From: Craspedostauros australis
Taxonomy: Eukaryota
Length of the DNA: 64,000 bases
Reading direction: 5' to 3'
Assembly (NCBI GenBank): GCA_030167865.1
Contig: JALAGF010004074.1
Coordinates: 1 to 64,000, forward strand
Shown: positions 12,208-25,500 of the stretch, one piece after another
Numbering within the stretch: position 1 is the stretch's first letter
Layout of the letters: every line of letters starts with the position of its first letter
Notes under the pieces: generated by a model
What the model was told of the DNA's origin: nothing
Seen by the model: only the letters and a program-made list of their open reading frames with translations
Database searches by the model: none
Position numbers and translations under genes: made by a program

Positions 12208-12795
12208 CGTTTTACTCGGCTCGACTCGGCTTGGCTTGGTGACAATGGATTGGAATAAGTTTTGTGATAGATCTTGTGATGAAGGCTCGAAGTGAAGCCT
12301 CGGTCTCAATGAGTGTTGTCGCAGCTGTGTCGAATCTTGTGGTTGAATGTGTGCGTCCGAGTGCGTACGAGTATGAGTCCTCTGCCTTGTTTTGTGTGTG
12401 AGGGGAACAGAAATGATAATTGGCATCAAGGATCCATCTCTCGTCGGAGTGACACCAACCACCAATGATGGAATCTTTCTTCGTGGCTGACGGAGGACTG
12501 ACGATCCCTCCAAACGTGGGCTCTTTCGCCAACGAGGAATCTTGTCGAACCTCCCATCGCCGCAGACGTGACATGCTATCTATTCGACGATACGGAGTGT
12601 GGTGCGCAAGTGAACATGGACTACGAGTAGTCGCAGAGAGACGAATAGGGCAGCAATGCATTATACTTTCCTCCTCTTGGTCAACCCATGCTGTCCGTCT
12701 CACTACAATAGTAGTGTAACAAACAAACTGAATATAATATAGAATAGTAATGAAATACTCAAGAGAGTAATCGGTCTCCTGCTACCCTCTCGACC

Positions 12796-14058
12796 CTACT
12801 TGATGCGAGTTGCAGTGACAAGTATCGGAGCACGATCCATCCCCTTCTTGTGGTGTTCGGAAACCCTCCAGGTCTGCTTCGGTGATCCATCCTCCACCAA
12901 CCGTTCCATGCCATCGACGATGCGTTGCTGGACAGCATCGCTGCACCGACCTGCTTTGCATTCCTCCAGCAAGAAGCCTTGCCATGTCTGTATGTTGGAA
13001 GAGAGGAGGGCGGCGCATTCCAACAGAATCCGCACGGCCCGGTCTTCCTCGGGATTGGTCTTGGGATACGTCATTGCCGAGATCATGCCACCGACGCGCA
13101 CGAGCAACAGCGCATCGACGATGGACTCGATGGTCGTGTCCATCTGCGTCAGCACGCGCGTCTTGCTGTCGCTCTGCGGCAGAAATCCCAAATTGTACAC
13201 AACGAGCGCCACTTGCGACACAGGCGGCAGCGGCGAATGCGACATGCACACGACCTCGATCTGTCCATTCTGCAGCAACGATTCGTCGATGCCACCGTCG
13301 CGCAATGTCTGCACCGTCGCATCGCATGCCTGCTGTTGCACGTCGATGCACAGCAACCGCGACTGCGCGGGCGTTGCGTCGAACAGCATCTGCGCCAAGG
13401 CCAACGAGTCGTGTCCGTTGCCGCACGTTGCGTCGATGGCCGTGTCGAGTCCAGGCCGCAGAACGGATTGCCACAGGACATGGGCCAGCGCCGTGTTGGC
13501 GATTGCGGGATTGCCGCGGTACGACACTTGCGTTGGTTCTGCGGCAGCCAACGATGGCGTCGATGCAGCAGCTGGCGCATCTTCGAAAGTGCCCTTGCTG
13601 TCGAGCGTCGACTGTGCTCTGGATGCGGCAGTTTGAATGAGGTCATGCACCGACGATTCCACAGATGGGCCTTGCGTTCTCTGCAAGTCCGACGAGGGCG
13701 CTGCTTCCACTCGTATTTCAGTGGCTTCCACCACAGCAGCATCTTTCCTCCCAAGCGTGGAGGATGCTCGATTGATCATGCCTCCCATCAATCCTTGCAC
13801 AGCGGCTCTCGTCGCCGTTGCCCGATCGCCGTCCACGCTCGACCCAAACAGCGCTGAAGGAGCTGTCCAACCATTTCTCCTTTCGAATGTCACCGGCCTG
13901 ATCTCTTTGGCAGCGCTGTTTCTTGCGTGTCGGACGAGACGGGCGCCTCGGAATGCGCTTGTCGTTGAAACCGAATTCAGCATGATCATGATCGCGAAGA
14001 TGATCGAGCGGCTGCAACAGAAAGACACGCGGATGGGTGCTCGTGATATCGCCGGCAT
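12796..14058 (-). CDS. SAM-dependent methyltransferase, YtqB/MnmM-like (putative rRNA/tRNA methylase), probably organelle-targeted
   Basis: AIDATCGNGHDS, IDVQQQA, VYNLGFLP and GGMISAMTYP motifs. N-terminal hydrophobic stretch ending TSA-F. Confidence 0.75.
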   Translation of the reverse strand: MPAISRAPIRVSFCCSRSIIFAIMIMLNSVSTTSAFRGARLVRHARNSAAKEIRPVTFERRNGWTAPSALFGSSVDGDRATATRAAVQGLMGGMINRASSTLGRKDAAVVEATEIRVEAAPSSDLQRTQGPSVESSVHDLIQTAASRAQSTLDSKGTFEDAPAAASTPSLAAAEPTQVSYRGNPAIANTALAHVLWQSVLRPGLDTAIDATCGNGHDSLALAQMLFDATPAQSRLLCIDVQQQACDATVQTLRDGGIDESLLQNGQIEVVCMSHSPLPPVSQVALVVYNLGFLPQSDSKTRVLTQMDTTIESIVDALLLVRVGGMISAMTYPKTNPEEDRAVRILLECAALLSSNIQTWQGFLLEECKAGRCSDAVQQRIVDGMERLVEDGSPKQTWRVSEHHKKGMDRAPILVTATRIK

Positions 14059-14869
14059 TGTGGAGTTGGAGATGACGCAGGCAGAAGTCGTCGACTGCAG
14101 TGATGAGAAGGGCTGTTGGAATGCTCTTTGCCTTGCTCTGCCTTGTTTGTTGTGCGGTGACTGGTCTCACAATGTGTGCGAGCAGCACCTGGATCTCGGG
14201 CTGGTGGCGACAACACGATGTTCGGTGAGGGTGACATCATCTTCGCGATCTTCTGTGTGTTTCCACGTTTCTCTCGTTCGTTTGGATTCTGGCGCGACGA
14301 ATACTACGCAAAAGATACCATGCTCACGTGGTCTGTTGTTTCTCCCATTTGAACAACACGACTTACTTCCATCCGCACTCCGCCGGGTCGAATCACGTGA
14401 CAATGTCTTATAAGACATCAAGTGCGACATGAAAGTTCACCAAATCAACGGAAGACAATGCGAGAGGGACATCGCCGCGAACGGGGCTGAATCGGCGCCT
14501 TCGCATCGCCGTCATAGTTCGCGCACCACTGTGGTTGTGAAGCGCGCGGAGACTGCCGCCACAAGCCAACGCAACCAAGCACAAACGCATTTGCGCGCAC
14601 ACGACGTCGCTGTTGCAAACAGTTGTTGGAAAGATCCAAAGCAGGCGCCACAAAAGAACCGAGTGGAAGACTGCCACCGGTTTCGTCATCGTCCCTCCGC
14701 ACGAGCCAAGAGACAGACACAGAGACAGAGAGTTGGGATTGACGGAAGGAAGCCATTCATCGAGCACCGCAACAACGCCGATCGTGGATAGTAGCAACTG
14801 CACCAACCCATTCGAGCACCCATCAAGCACCAACACACTCGATCTCACTCCATCGCACTCCATCGCACC

Positions 14870-17800
14870 ATGGCATTGTCCTACACCCCAGCGCCTCATG
14901 AACAGGTACGTCCACGTCGCTTCTCCCTCTCCGCTGTCGTCGTTGTTGCTGTGGCTGTTGCTACTGCCATCGCCATCGCCATCGCTGCTGACAGAGGTGG
15001 CAGGCAAGGCCGACCAACCAGACCATGAACACGAGCGCAAACGCAAGCACGATCGAATGCTTTCCCTCCTTCCTGCCTTGGCTGTGGAGTCCCTGCACGA
15101 GCCAACTCGCAACAACAACCGCGACCCAGAGGGACTGACGCTGCGATGGGCACAATGCATTGCCGATAGTGTCTGCAGAGCGTGTGGAAGTGCGAGTGCA
15201 AGTGGACGTGGGAGGATGAGAATGATGCCATTGCGCTCCATCCACACAGAGACACCAACAGCCATGTGCGCATCGGCCGAATGCCAGTCCGCTGCCATGC
15301 ATGCCCAGTACGATTCGTGCACTCACATCGCTCTCCAATGACCCCATCTCGCGATCCCATCAAATACAACTCAACACAATGCAACACAATACTATACAAT
15401 ACAACCCCATTGCCCGATTTCCCAATCCAGGGCTACTTCGAAGGCCTCTTCCAGGCTGCCGACGTGCAACGAAGCGGGAACATCGGAGGCGGAGACGCAG
15501 TCGCCTTCTTCTCTCGCTCCAAACTGCCCATCGAGATTCTCAAGAACATCTGGACCGTTTCCGACCAACCAGCCACCAGCTCACTGGACAGAAAGAAGTT
15601 CTTCGTGGCGATCCGATTGATTCAGCTCACCCAGAATGGCCAGAAGGGAGAAGGGTCGCACCTGGGCGTCCAGCCAGGCGTCCAGATGCGCCCGGTCATG
15701 TTTGAGGGCGTCAGTGGCGTTTCCGTCCAGATGCCACCTCCGCCGGGTGCCCCCATGCCTGGACCTGCTTCTGCCGCTCCATCGGTCAACGGCATGTCCA
15801 ACAGGAGCGCACCAACTCCCCCGCCACAGCAAATGCCTCAGGCTGGAGCGATGCAGCCACCGCCACCACAGCAGCAGCAGCCAATGCAACAGATGCAACC
15901 GCCGCCACCTCAACAGCAGCAGCCAATGCAACCACCTGCGCCAGCAAATGCAATGCCTCCGCCCACCGACCCAAACAGCAGAGCATTGACGACGCAAGAT
16001 CCTTATCAGCTGCCACCCCAGGACATCCCACGATACGAGGCACTCTTCCCGCAGTATGCCAAGCCAGATGGATTCGTCTACGGAACTGAAGCGGTCGAGC
16101 TCTTCTCCAAGTCAGGCGTCGACAAGTTGAAATTGCGCGACATCTGGAACATGGTGGATGTGCCAGCCGACAACCGTTTGGACAAGATGGAATTCGCCAT
16201 CGCCATGCACCTGATCGTGTGCATTTCCAGGAAGAATCTCCCCATGCCAACCAACGGATTGCCTCTGTCGCTCAAGGAATTGAAGCAAAAGCAATCCAAG
16301 CAGCCGCAGGCCTCCATCCCGTCTGACGCAGCCTCCGTCGCGAGCAGCCAGTACCAAAACCAGAGACCGCCATCAATGACGCAGCAGCCACCATCTCTTG
16401 GAGGGCCGGGACTTTCCATGATGCCACCGCAGCAGACATCGCCACTGAGGAATACGCCCATGCCATCGCAGTACCAGCAACCACCTCAGCAGCAGGGTGT
16501 CCATACTTCATCCTCCTTCGGAATGGCCGAGTCCGTGCGCTCCCAAGGACTGCCAAACGTCGTTGCAACCACCACAATGAGCGTCAGCGATGCATTCGAA
16601 GGATTGAGCGTCACATCCGCAGGCATCCACGATTCCCACAATCCCACATCCTACCTGAATGATGCAGACAAATCCGTTGCGAGATCGCCAAAGGCGATGA
16701 CACCGCAACGTCACGCGGCGGTCTCACCACTGCCACAGGCTGGCTACGGAGCAGGCGCAAGTGCACTCGGTGCGCCACACCAATTGAGCATGGGAGGTCC
16801 CACCCCCGCCTTGTCCATGTCCATGTCCACGCCAGCGACCATCCCAGAGGCACCCAAAACCACTGAGCAACTCAAGGAAGACTACGAGATGGGAGACCAG
16901 AACCAGGAATTGCACAAGATGAAGGCAGTTTTGCAAAAGTTGCAGGCCGAGAACATCTCCCTCAAGGCCCAGCTCGGCACCATGACAGAAGAAGAGAAGG
17001 ATGTGCAAAAGGAACTCGCCGCAACCGTGGAAGAAATTGGCAACCTTTCGAACGAATTGACAACGTTGCGCGCGCAGGTCCTTGCGGCCAAATCCAAGCT
17101 TCTGGAGTCAACGGCCGAACTCAAGGCAGCGCAGGAGAAGAAAGGGTGAGTTCCGTTGTGCCCATCACATCGAATCTGCATGATGACATCTCATGACTGC
17201 TCAATGTGTATGCCGAGCGTTTTTCAGGCATCGTGTTGGTTTGTGCCAGCGTGACTTGTCAATGCGTGTTGTTTTCTGTCCCAGTTTCGCCATGTTTGCG
17301 TGCGTGCCCACGCTACGAGCATGGTGCTGCTCTGCCCTACATTCCATTCACTGCCGCATTGTGTTCATGTGCCAGCTCACACCCCAGCCTTCCTTCCTTT
17401 GTGATGTCGTATCAAATTGCAATTTGCACAACTATTCGACACAAATGCTGAAATGATTGACTCATCACTATTCCTTCATGCTCACTTGCGTTCGATCTTG
17501 CTTGTTGGCAGAGTGATGACGGACCTCATCGGCGAGGCTACTCAAACCAGGGTGGCGCTTGAATCGGCACACACCTCGATCAATGATGCCAATGTCACCA
17601 ACCACGTTGCAGCCCAGCAACAGAACCAGGCAATGCAGCAAACAGATGTGTTTGAAGCCAACCTGTTCGACTTCGGCGGTGCGCCACCAGCTGGCGGGCA
17701 GCCCGCAGGAATGCAACCACCACCTCCAGCTGCCGCTCCTGCTCCTGCTCCTGCTGCCACGCAACAGCACGATTACATGGGAATGGCATCCACGCCAAGC

Positions 17801-19069
17801 ATCCAGCCATCTGGCAGCCAGGATGCGGCATCCGTACGCAGTGGCCACGTGTCTCACCACAGCGGATTCGCACCTCAGCCTACTTTTATTCCGCCACCGG
17901 CTCCTGCGCCGGCAATGGACATGGGCATGGGCGGTCCACTACCACCGGCTGGTCCAACCCACGTTTCCACAGTGGACTCCTCAGACGAGGAGGACAACAA
18001 CAAAAACGCAGACAACGGCGGTGCCAACGACCCCAACGCGCAGACCATGATGGGCTTCGGTGCGCCCATGCAACCAGCAGGTGGATTTGACAGCCAGAAT
18101 CCGTACGCTGCACAACCGCCAGCGCCCGTTCAAATGAACCTGGGCATCGACACGCAGCCTGGCCACAGGCCAGCTCACACCAGGAGATCGTCAGGCTTCG
18201 GCTCAGATTTCGTGATGGGCGGATCGGCTATTCCCGTCGAACCAACTGGCGGCATGTCACCACCAGCCCGCTCGGCATCCAACAACGGTAGCTACGGGTA
18301 CGAGGACACGACCGAGGAGGCGATGGGGAACGTCACCAAGCTCAAGGAGCAGGCAAGAACCGCGGCAGAAGTGGCCCGCGACGCTGAGACTGCCTCGCTG
18401 CAGCTCAAGCAAGAAGCAGACAACCTGCGACGAGATGCTGACAAGGCGGAGGCCACAGCACGAAGCCTCAAGGTGTCAGCTTCGGAGAAGAAGAAGGGAG
18501 CCTTTGGAGGTGGCAAGAAGAAGAAGCTCCAGCGCGACGCAGAGAAGGCTGCCGGAGAAGCCGCAGCGATCAAGAAGAGATTCATGGCCGTGCAATCTCA
18601 GGCACATGATGCCGACGCTGTTGCCCTGCAGACAAGGCGCGAGGCAGAGCGATTGCGAAACGAGGCAGAGCAGGCCGAGATGGAGGTCGCTGCGGCCGCC
18701 TCCATGATTCAGCAGAAGAAGGACGAGCCACAGCCTCAGTCCATGCCCCAACCACCGCCACCAAGTATGGCGACACCGGCGGGTATGCCAGCTCCGGAGA
18801 TGGCCGCCAACCCACCCTCAAATGGATACGGTGGAATGGGAGATGCCCCACTACCATCAATGGGAGGCTTTGGAGGACCATCGTACCCTCCTCCATCTGG
18901 CAGTGGGCTCGGCAACGGATTCTCGTCAAACGTCATGGCGTCTGGCGGTGGCGATGCGTTCGACCTGCCCTCCCCCACCCAGCTGACGGGCGCTGGCATG
19001 GGAAACGCGCCGCCAATGGCGCCACCAGCAGGAGGTGCTGCCAGTGATCCGTACGCCAATCCATTCTAG
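14870..19069 (+). CDS. EH-domain endocytic scaffold (Eps15/Ede1-like); exons 14870..14905, 15431..17145, 17512..19069
   Basis: Two EH domains ('FFSRSKLPIEILKNIW', 'LFSKSGVDKLKLRDIWNMVD...EFAIAMHLI'), coiled coils, Pro/Gln-rich linkers and C-terminal NPF. Canonical splice sites keep frame. Confidence 0.8.
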
Positions 19070-19515
19070 TAATCACTGTGGACCTAGATATGGGGGGATC
19101 GTGATGGACAATTCCGCACTGGACTGGATTGGACTGAGGCAGGAGGTATGTACGTGCGTGTGGTTGTCGTAAGCTAGAGAGAGAGAGAGAGGATTTGACA
19201 CTGATTGTGATGCAACGCAAGACATCAGACCCGGCGTGTCAACATTGAACTAATGGTAAAAGCCAAGTGAACAATAGTCGGAGCGGTATCGTTGGTATTA
19301 TTAATTCTGATCCCAGATTAATTCATCCACGCCCAGTGCCAAAACGCGTTCCGGACCAGGGCACGAGCATTATGCACTGACACGTCCAATCCCTGGTGGT
19401 ATGGTATTAGTGCAGTATCGTGTCTTGTACGTAGCTCGTGCCACACCCTACTCGTACATGGAATACCCTCGAGCGTGCGTAGATCGTACCAAGGCAATGA
19501 GATTCCATCACATTC

Positions 19516-22500
19516 TCAGCGGATACTGCGGAAGGGACTTCGGTTGCTACCCGCTCTTCTGGTGCCGAACCAAGATTCATCCATTCCTCCCGCGGCACCC
19601 ACTCCCTTCGATCGCCCACCCTGGGCTGCCACGTGCGTCTTGTTGCATTGCTCAACGAACTGGAGTTCTTGTGCCATCTGGGCCTTCACCGCGTCCCACA
19701 CCTGCGCGCACAGAACCGGCTTCAACTTCCCGACTGAAATTGCTTGTGCCACAGCTGTTGGTGACGATACTCCTTCATTCTCAGGTGCCTCGAACAGATC
19801 CTTGAGTTGCTTGGCGAGCGCCAGCCTCTTGCTGGACTTGATGGATATGGGACTTCCAAGCTCATGGTGGATGGACAAGTCAATTCCAAGCAAACGCGTC
19901 GTTTCTTCCGCCAACCGTCGCACAGTTGCGGACCTCGACAGGCCGCTGCCGTAGTTGTGATGGCACCACTGCAGAATGAGAATGAGATGGCCGAGCGACA
20001 GACGGTCCTTGGATTCCTCCAGATCCGTGGCGTTATCCAGCCCTGCCTGATACTGCGCGACGTATCGGCGTTTGGAGACATCTTCGTAGCCTGCCAGCCG
20101 GTCGGTCGACACGCTGTCGATCTTGTTCGTTGCCGCCGTGTGTAGGTTGCTTGTTCTTTGGATCATCTGCACCTTCCACATCTGGTTGACTGTGTCGACC
20201 TCAAGGACGCGCCCGAAGCAAATGTGTTCATTGGCTCCGTGAGAGTGCAGCTGATCAGTTCCAAACAAGGGGTTTTCATTCGCCGAACGGTATGCGATGA
20301 TCGAACGGGGCTTGACCAGTGCCATCGAGTTCATTCGTGCCGCTTCTTCTCTCGTGAAATGGACGAACGAGGATGCTGCTGGATGAGCATTCGACAACAG
20401 GCTGATCGCCTCAGTCACACAACCCGCCACTCGGTGCTCCACGTCCAGGATGAACGCATTCGTGACGAACTTTCTGCTCTTTGGTTCAGCATAGGAGTCG
20501 CCCGGTTGATCTTGCGCAACTTGCTTCAGGTGGTCGGGGATGGTCTTTGATGCGTCCATGTCCTGCCTTGTTGCTGCTGTCACGCATGCTGACACCAGCA
20601 AGGAGTACCGGATAGCTTCGTGCTTTGCGTTGGGAAGGCCACCTGCCAGGAGGGGGTTGACCGGGACGGTGACTCCGTACGTCCCAGCATCCGCGGTGTG
20701 AAATTCCGCCAGTGCTCGGAACAGCTCACGCGATGTGCCCGAAGCGGACAGGAACTTGCTCAAACGGACGACGCTCTGAGTGATCGAGGCGGCAAAGTCT
20801 TGCATGAGATTGCTTGGTCTTCGCATGACGACCTCGTTCCAATCTCGATCGAACCAGCACGTGAGGAAGGAGAAGCAATGCTTGGCCTCCTCCAGGCTTC
20901 TGCAAGTGAATGGGACGTCATCTGCCGCAAGGTATTGCAGGCACCCCAGCACCAGATGCTGATAAGATGCCATGAATGTCGCAGCAAGATCGTAAAAGAA
21001 CTTGGTGTGACTGTTCATGGTTGCTGTTCCGGCATCTGCTCTTCGATGGATTGTCCGCAAAGAGCAGGAAATGAATTCAAGAGTCGACAGCCACACTTCG
21101 TGAACCGGATCAGCCTGTCTGAATTTGCTCGATCCTGCGTATTCCGTTGGCGTAGGTAATTGCTCGCTCATGACGTATCCTCGTGGTGGCTGTCCCTGCT
21201 GGTAGCTGTTCCAGCGAGCTGCAGCTCTGAGGAAGATGGGGTTTTTTATGATGACTTGGGCGATTCCAGACTTGGCGACCAATGACAGCATTGATGAGTG
21301 CCTGGATGCTGTGACGAGCGTCATGAATTCAATCGCCGATTGCAGCAGCTGCACAGCCTGGCGTTGAGATGCCGAAGCCCAGGTATCGGTGGCATTCCCC
21401 GTAATTTCGCTTGCCCTCGGTGTAGAGGCAGCCTGGAAGAGGATGATGCGAATGACGTGATGCTCATCTAAGATGTTTGCCAACCTCAGCATGAATCGAT
21501 CCTGAGACGACTGCATGGATTGGGTTGACCTTCTCGCCACCAACGTCGACAACAGCGACATGCACGATGCTAATAGTTGGTCGCAGAGCTTCTCCTGCTT
21601 CGGTTGTTTTGGCTGGATCCAGCTTTGCAACACCTCCAATATTTTGGCAGCGACTTGTGCGCATGCCGAGTACGCATCGTCTCGCTGGGTTGCATATTGA
21701 CTTGCCACGATGGTTGCGTCCCCTTCACAGTGCCTCGTGAGGACCATCATTGCTAGGACAAGTGGTTGCATCACACCACAGCATATTTGCTGTGAATTCC
21801 GTTAAGACCATGTCATCGTCGTTGTTGTTCCGTTGGTTAATTTGCGCATTCATGCCGTGAGCGACAACATGATCGCCAATCAGCAGAGTTGCAGCATTTC
21901 GAAGCCGTGTCGACGACAGCAACACGGAAGCAGATGGTTGAGACATCATTGGACAGCGCGTATGATATATGTATGGATGCATGCTCGTGCGCATGTGAGT
22001 ATGTGTGCAATGAAGGTGTAAGTGAATGAAAATAGATGCAAGTACAATAGGTGCCAACGCATACATACAAGGACAGACAAGACGAACACAACGGTTCAAA
22101 CCACGAGGACGTTGCTCTCGGCCCATGGCATGCGCACTGGTATGATACTCACGTGCTTGTCACCAGTAGAATTCTTGTCATCTGTAGACGGTATCAAGAT
22201 GGCAAACACTCGCTTGCATGTATTGGCCAACATCATCAGCAGCTTCAGCATCGCCGCAGCATCGGATTGAGCACCCTGCTGGGTGCCGACAGGGATAGCC
22301 TCGACAATGTACAACAACGTCTCAGCTTGCGACGAGGCCATCATCACGATTTCCTTCTCCAGCAATTGGCGTGACAGGTCAGCAGGGATCCTTTCGAAGT
22401 TGGATGCAGCCGCGGCCAACGCATCCATGACTGCGCTGGCAAATCCAACGAGTTGTGCTCTCGTGAGCTGGCCACTTGCAATGTCATCTCTCGCTGTGGC

Positions 22501-25500
22501 GATGGCGATCTGCGAAAAGTCCTGCCAACGTTGCTGTAAGGTTTGCTCAGCCCTCAGCAGCTGATTGGAAAGGCACGTTTGGTTGCTCAATTCGATCCAC
22601 TGGGATGCATCGGCAGTCATGGTGGATCGTGATGCTGCCGTCCCGTCGATTGGCCTCGACGCAACCTTCGCCAACGTTGTGGCCATTGCGTTTGGATTGT
22701 ACCTGTTACCTCTGGTATAGGCATCGTCGACGGAGGAATTTGCTGGGATGGAAGGGAAGCAATCGGCCAGGACCTTGACCAACGATTGGGCTCGCGATTG
22801 GTGATGGAATGCCATCAGCGTGTTGTTCAATTCTGTGGATGTATCCCCGACCGTGCTCACGCCTTCAGCGGTCGCGTAGTCCTTTGCCACGGTTGCAAAT
22901 GCGGCTCGAAGTCTTGACAGTCCGATGTTCGCGATGTCTTGCGAGGTTGCTGTCGGCGATTGGAGCTTCCAGATGACATCCACCGTCACGATGTGAAGTG
23001 CAGAGCTGTGCAGATCCATTGCCACCGTCTTTGACAATTCCGTGGCAAGCGTGGATGTGGTTGCTGGCTCTCTGCCCGTGTCACTGCTTCGAATCATACT
23101 GGAATGATCCACGATCAACGATATCAGATCGTTGACCACGCCCTGCCGGATCTTTTCAACGGCATCAACTATGACAGCATACTTCTTCTCGTCGCTCATC
23201 AAGAGACTCTGCATGCACACAGGCCAAACCTGATCCATGACATTCAGCATGGATGCGGCGAGTCTGAGATGCGAAACATTCGCCTTGTTTCCGAAGATGA
23301 CGTTGTCATAATCCCCCCTTGACGATTGCAGCAAGTTGACGACCCCTGTCAACTCCTTGGCAACTGCATGCAACAAGCCGGCCCCATCTTCGAATATGCC
23401 GAGGGCGATCGATGTGTCCGATTTAATCATGGTCCCCACAAGACCCAGGCTCATCATGGTTGTGATCAGCGTCTTTTGGTTGCGCCCGGAACCGCCATGT
23501 AGGTTGCCTTGCGCAAATGCCATGAATTTCTTGAGGAAGGTACTGGAGGACTGCAGAGTTCGGATGAGCGTCGAGTTTTCCAATTTCAAGCTCGCGTGTG
23601 CGTTGTTGATATAGCCACGCAGCAAATCCAGCGCTGGGATGACCATCGCTTCGACGCGCCTATCTGTATCGGACATGGTGGGCAAGTACCGCAGGATCAG
23701 GTCCAGGTTGTTCAGTGATACCGATTTCCACACTCCGATCGCTGTGGTGTCCACCACAGAACCGGATGGCACCAGCGCTGGGCTGGTCAGCACAGCATCT
23801 GGACCCAAATCCATGTACGTGAGATTTCCAATATCGGATTGTTGGGAACGATTGGCGGATGCATTTTCACTGACCATCTCGTTGGCGTGCGCGGACCATC
23901 GGGCAAGCACATTGATTGCGATGGATGCCAGCTTGATGGGGCAGAAGGAATCGGAGATGTTGACGTCGCGTCGTGTTTGGATGACCTCAACGTCGATGTC
24001 ACTGCCTTCGAAGGTGTCGAACCATCTCGTGAGATGCTCGGCAGGATCCTTCTGGGGTCCGGACTCGGTCTCCTTCGATGCAGTCTTGGTGGACATCATC
24101 GATGCCCAAGCACCGAAGTTCTGACTCTCCCCTTCGCTGGTGACGATGGCGTCCAGCACGTTGGTGTCATCGAGCAGGCTCTGCAGCCGGATGAGGAGGG
24201 CCATCGCGATGGGCGAGCTCGCATAGTGAGCGATGGAATGGCCGAGCCCAGGGCTGTGAGAAAAGTTGATGATCAAACGCGCGCGCACTTCTGCGGCCGT
24301 CTGTTGCACCACAGCAGAGCTGTGCGCCTTGATGATCACACCGATCTCGTCCAGCAGATTCAACTGGCACGTGAGGATGGAGTACGCAGTTGCATTCGCC
24401 AGGCGTGTGCCGGATGAATGGAACGAGGCCGCGGTGGAAGGAGACGAGGCAAGCACCGTGTTGACTGCCTCGAGACAGTCACTGATGTCGTGGAGGTAGC
24501 GGATGGTGTCAGCATCCGACACGATGTCGCTGAACGCGACGGCGGGCAGGTGCTCGATGAAGCCACCAAGGAGATGCGATGCTGCGTCCGTGGCGTCATT
24601 GTTCTGCGAGAGCAAGTGCGACAGCTTGGCTTGTGGGATTTGCGAGCTGTTCAGTATTCTCATGAGCTGCGACAAGAAGGCCGGGTCGGAATCATCGAGG
24701 AACATCTTGACCAGCGCGATGACATCGCGCGCTGATTTGACGTCGATGGTGCCGTGCAGCAGGCTCGCCAGGGTGGAGATGAAGGAGTTCTGCGAGTCGT
24801 CATCGTTCGGTACGCGGAAGGCCTGGGTGGTCTCCTCGAAGAGTCCATTGGACTTGCCATTGCGCACGAATGTGATGAGGGCTTGCAAGGCGGAGCTCCG
24901 CAGCTTCTGGAACTGCGGAGTGTGCAGATTGTTGGACAGCGGTTTGCAGAAGATGATGATTTGGCCGATGAGGTACTGTGGCAGGATGCGGAGTGCCTCC
25001 TGCATGGACTTTGCATCGAAGCAGGTGGCTGCTAGCATCTGCAGCAAAGGTGTCGCTGCCGAAAGGAACAGTTCCCCCATGCCCACGTCCGTAGTCACGT
25101 TAGCGGTTTGCTGCCCCGACACGGCCAGGGAGTAGGCCGCATCGAGGAGGTGCGCCATGGGTAGAACCGCGTCGGAGGAATCGTCCGTGGAGGTGGACTT
25201 GTACCATTCGTTCCAAAAGTCCGCACAGAGCGCGTTGTTGTTGGCGTATATGACTGCCGCCAGGTTGCAAAGGGTGCCGATGTTGTCGCAAGAGGCATCG
25301 TGGTCGATGGATAGGATGCTGTCCTGGAATGCCACGATGAAGGACAGCAGCAGCTCCTTCGCAATGCTGGTGTAGGCCAACGCGGCGCCGTCGGTGGCGC
25401 TGGTCTCGTCGCCGACTTCAGACAACGATAGCTGATTGGGGGTATCCAGCTGCCAGTCATAGAAGGGGGTGTCCTGCGCAATGACAGTGCCGCGGTCACT

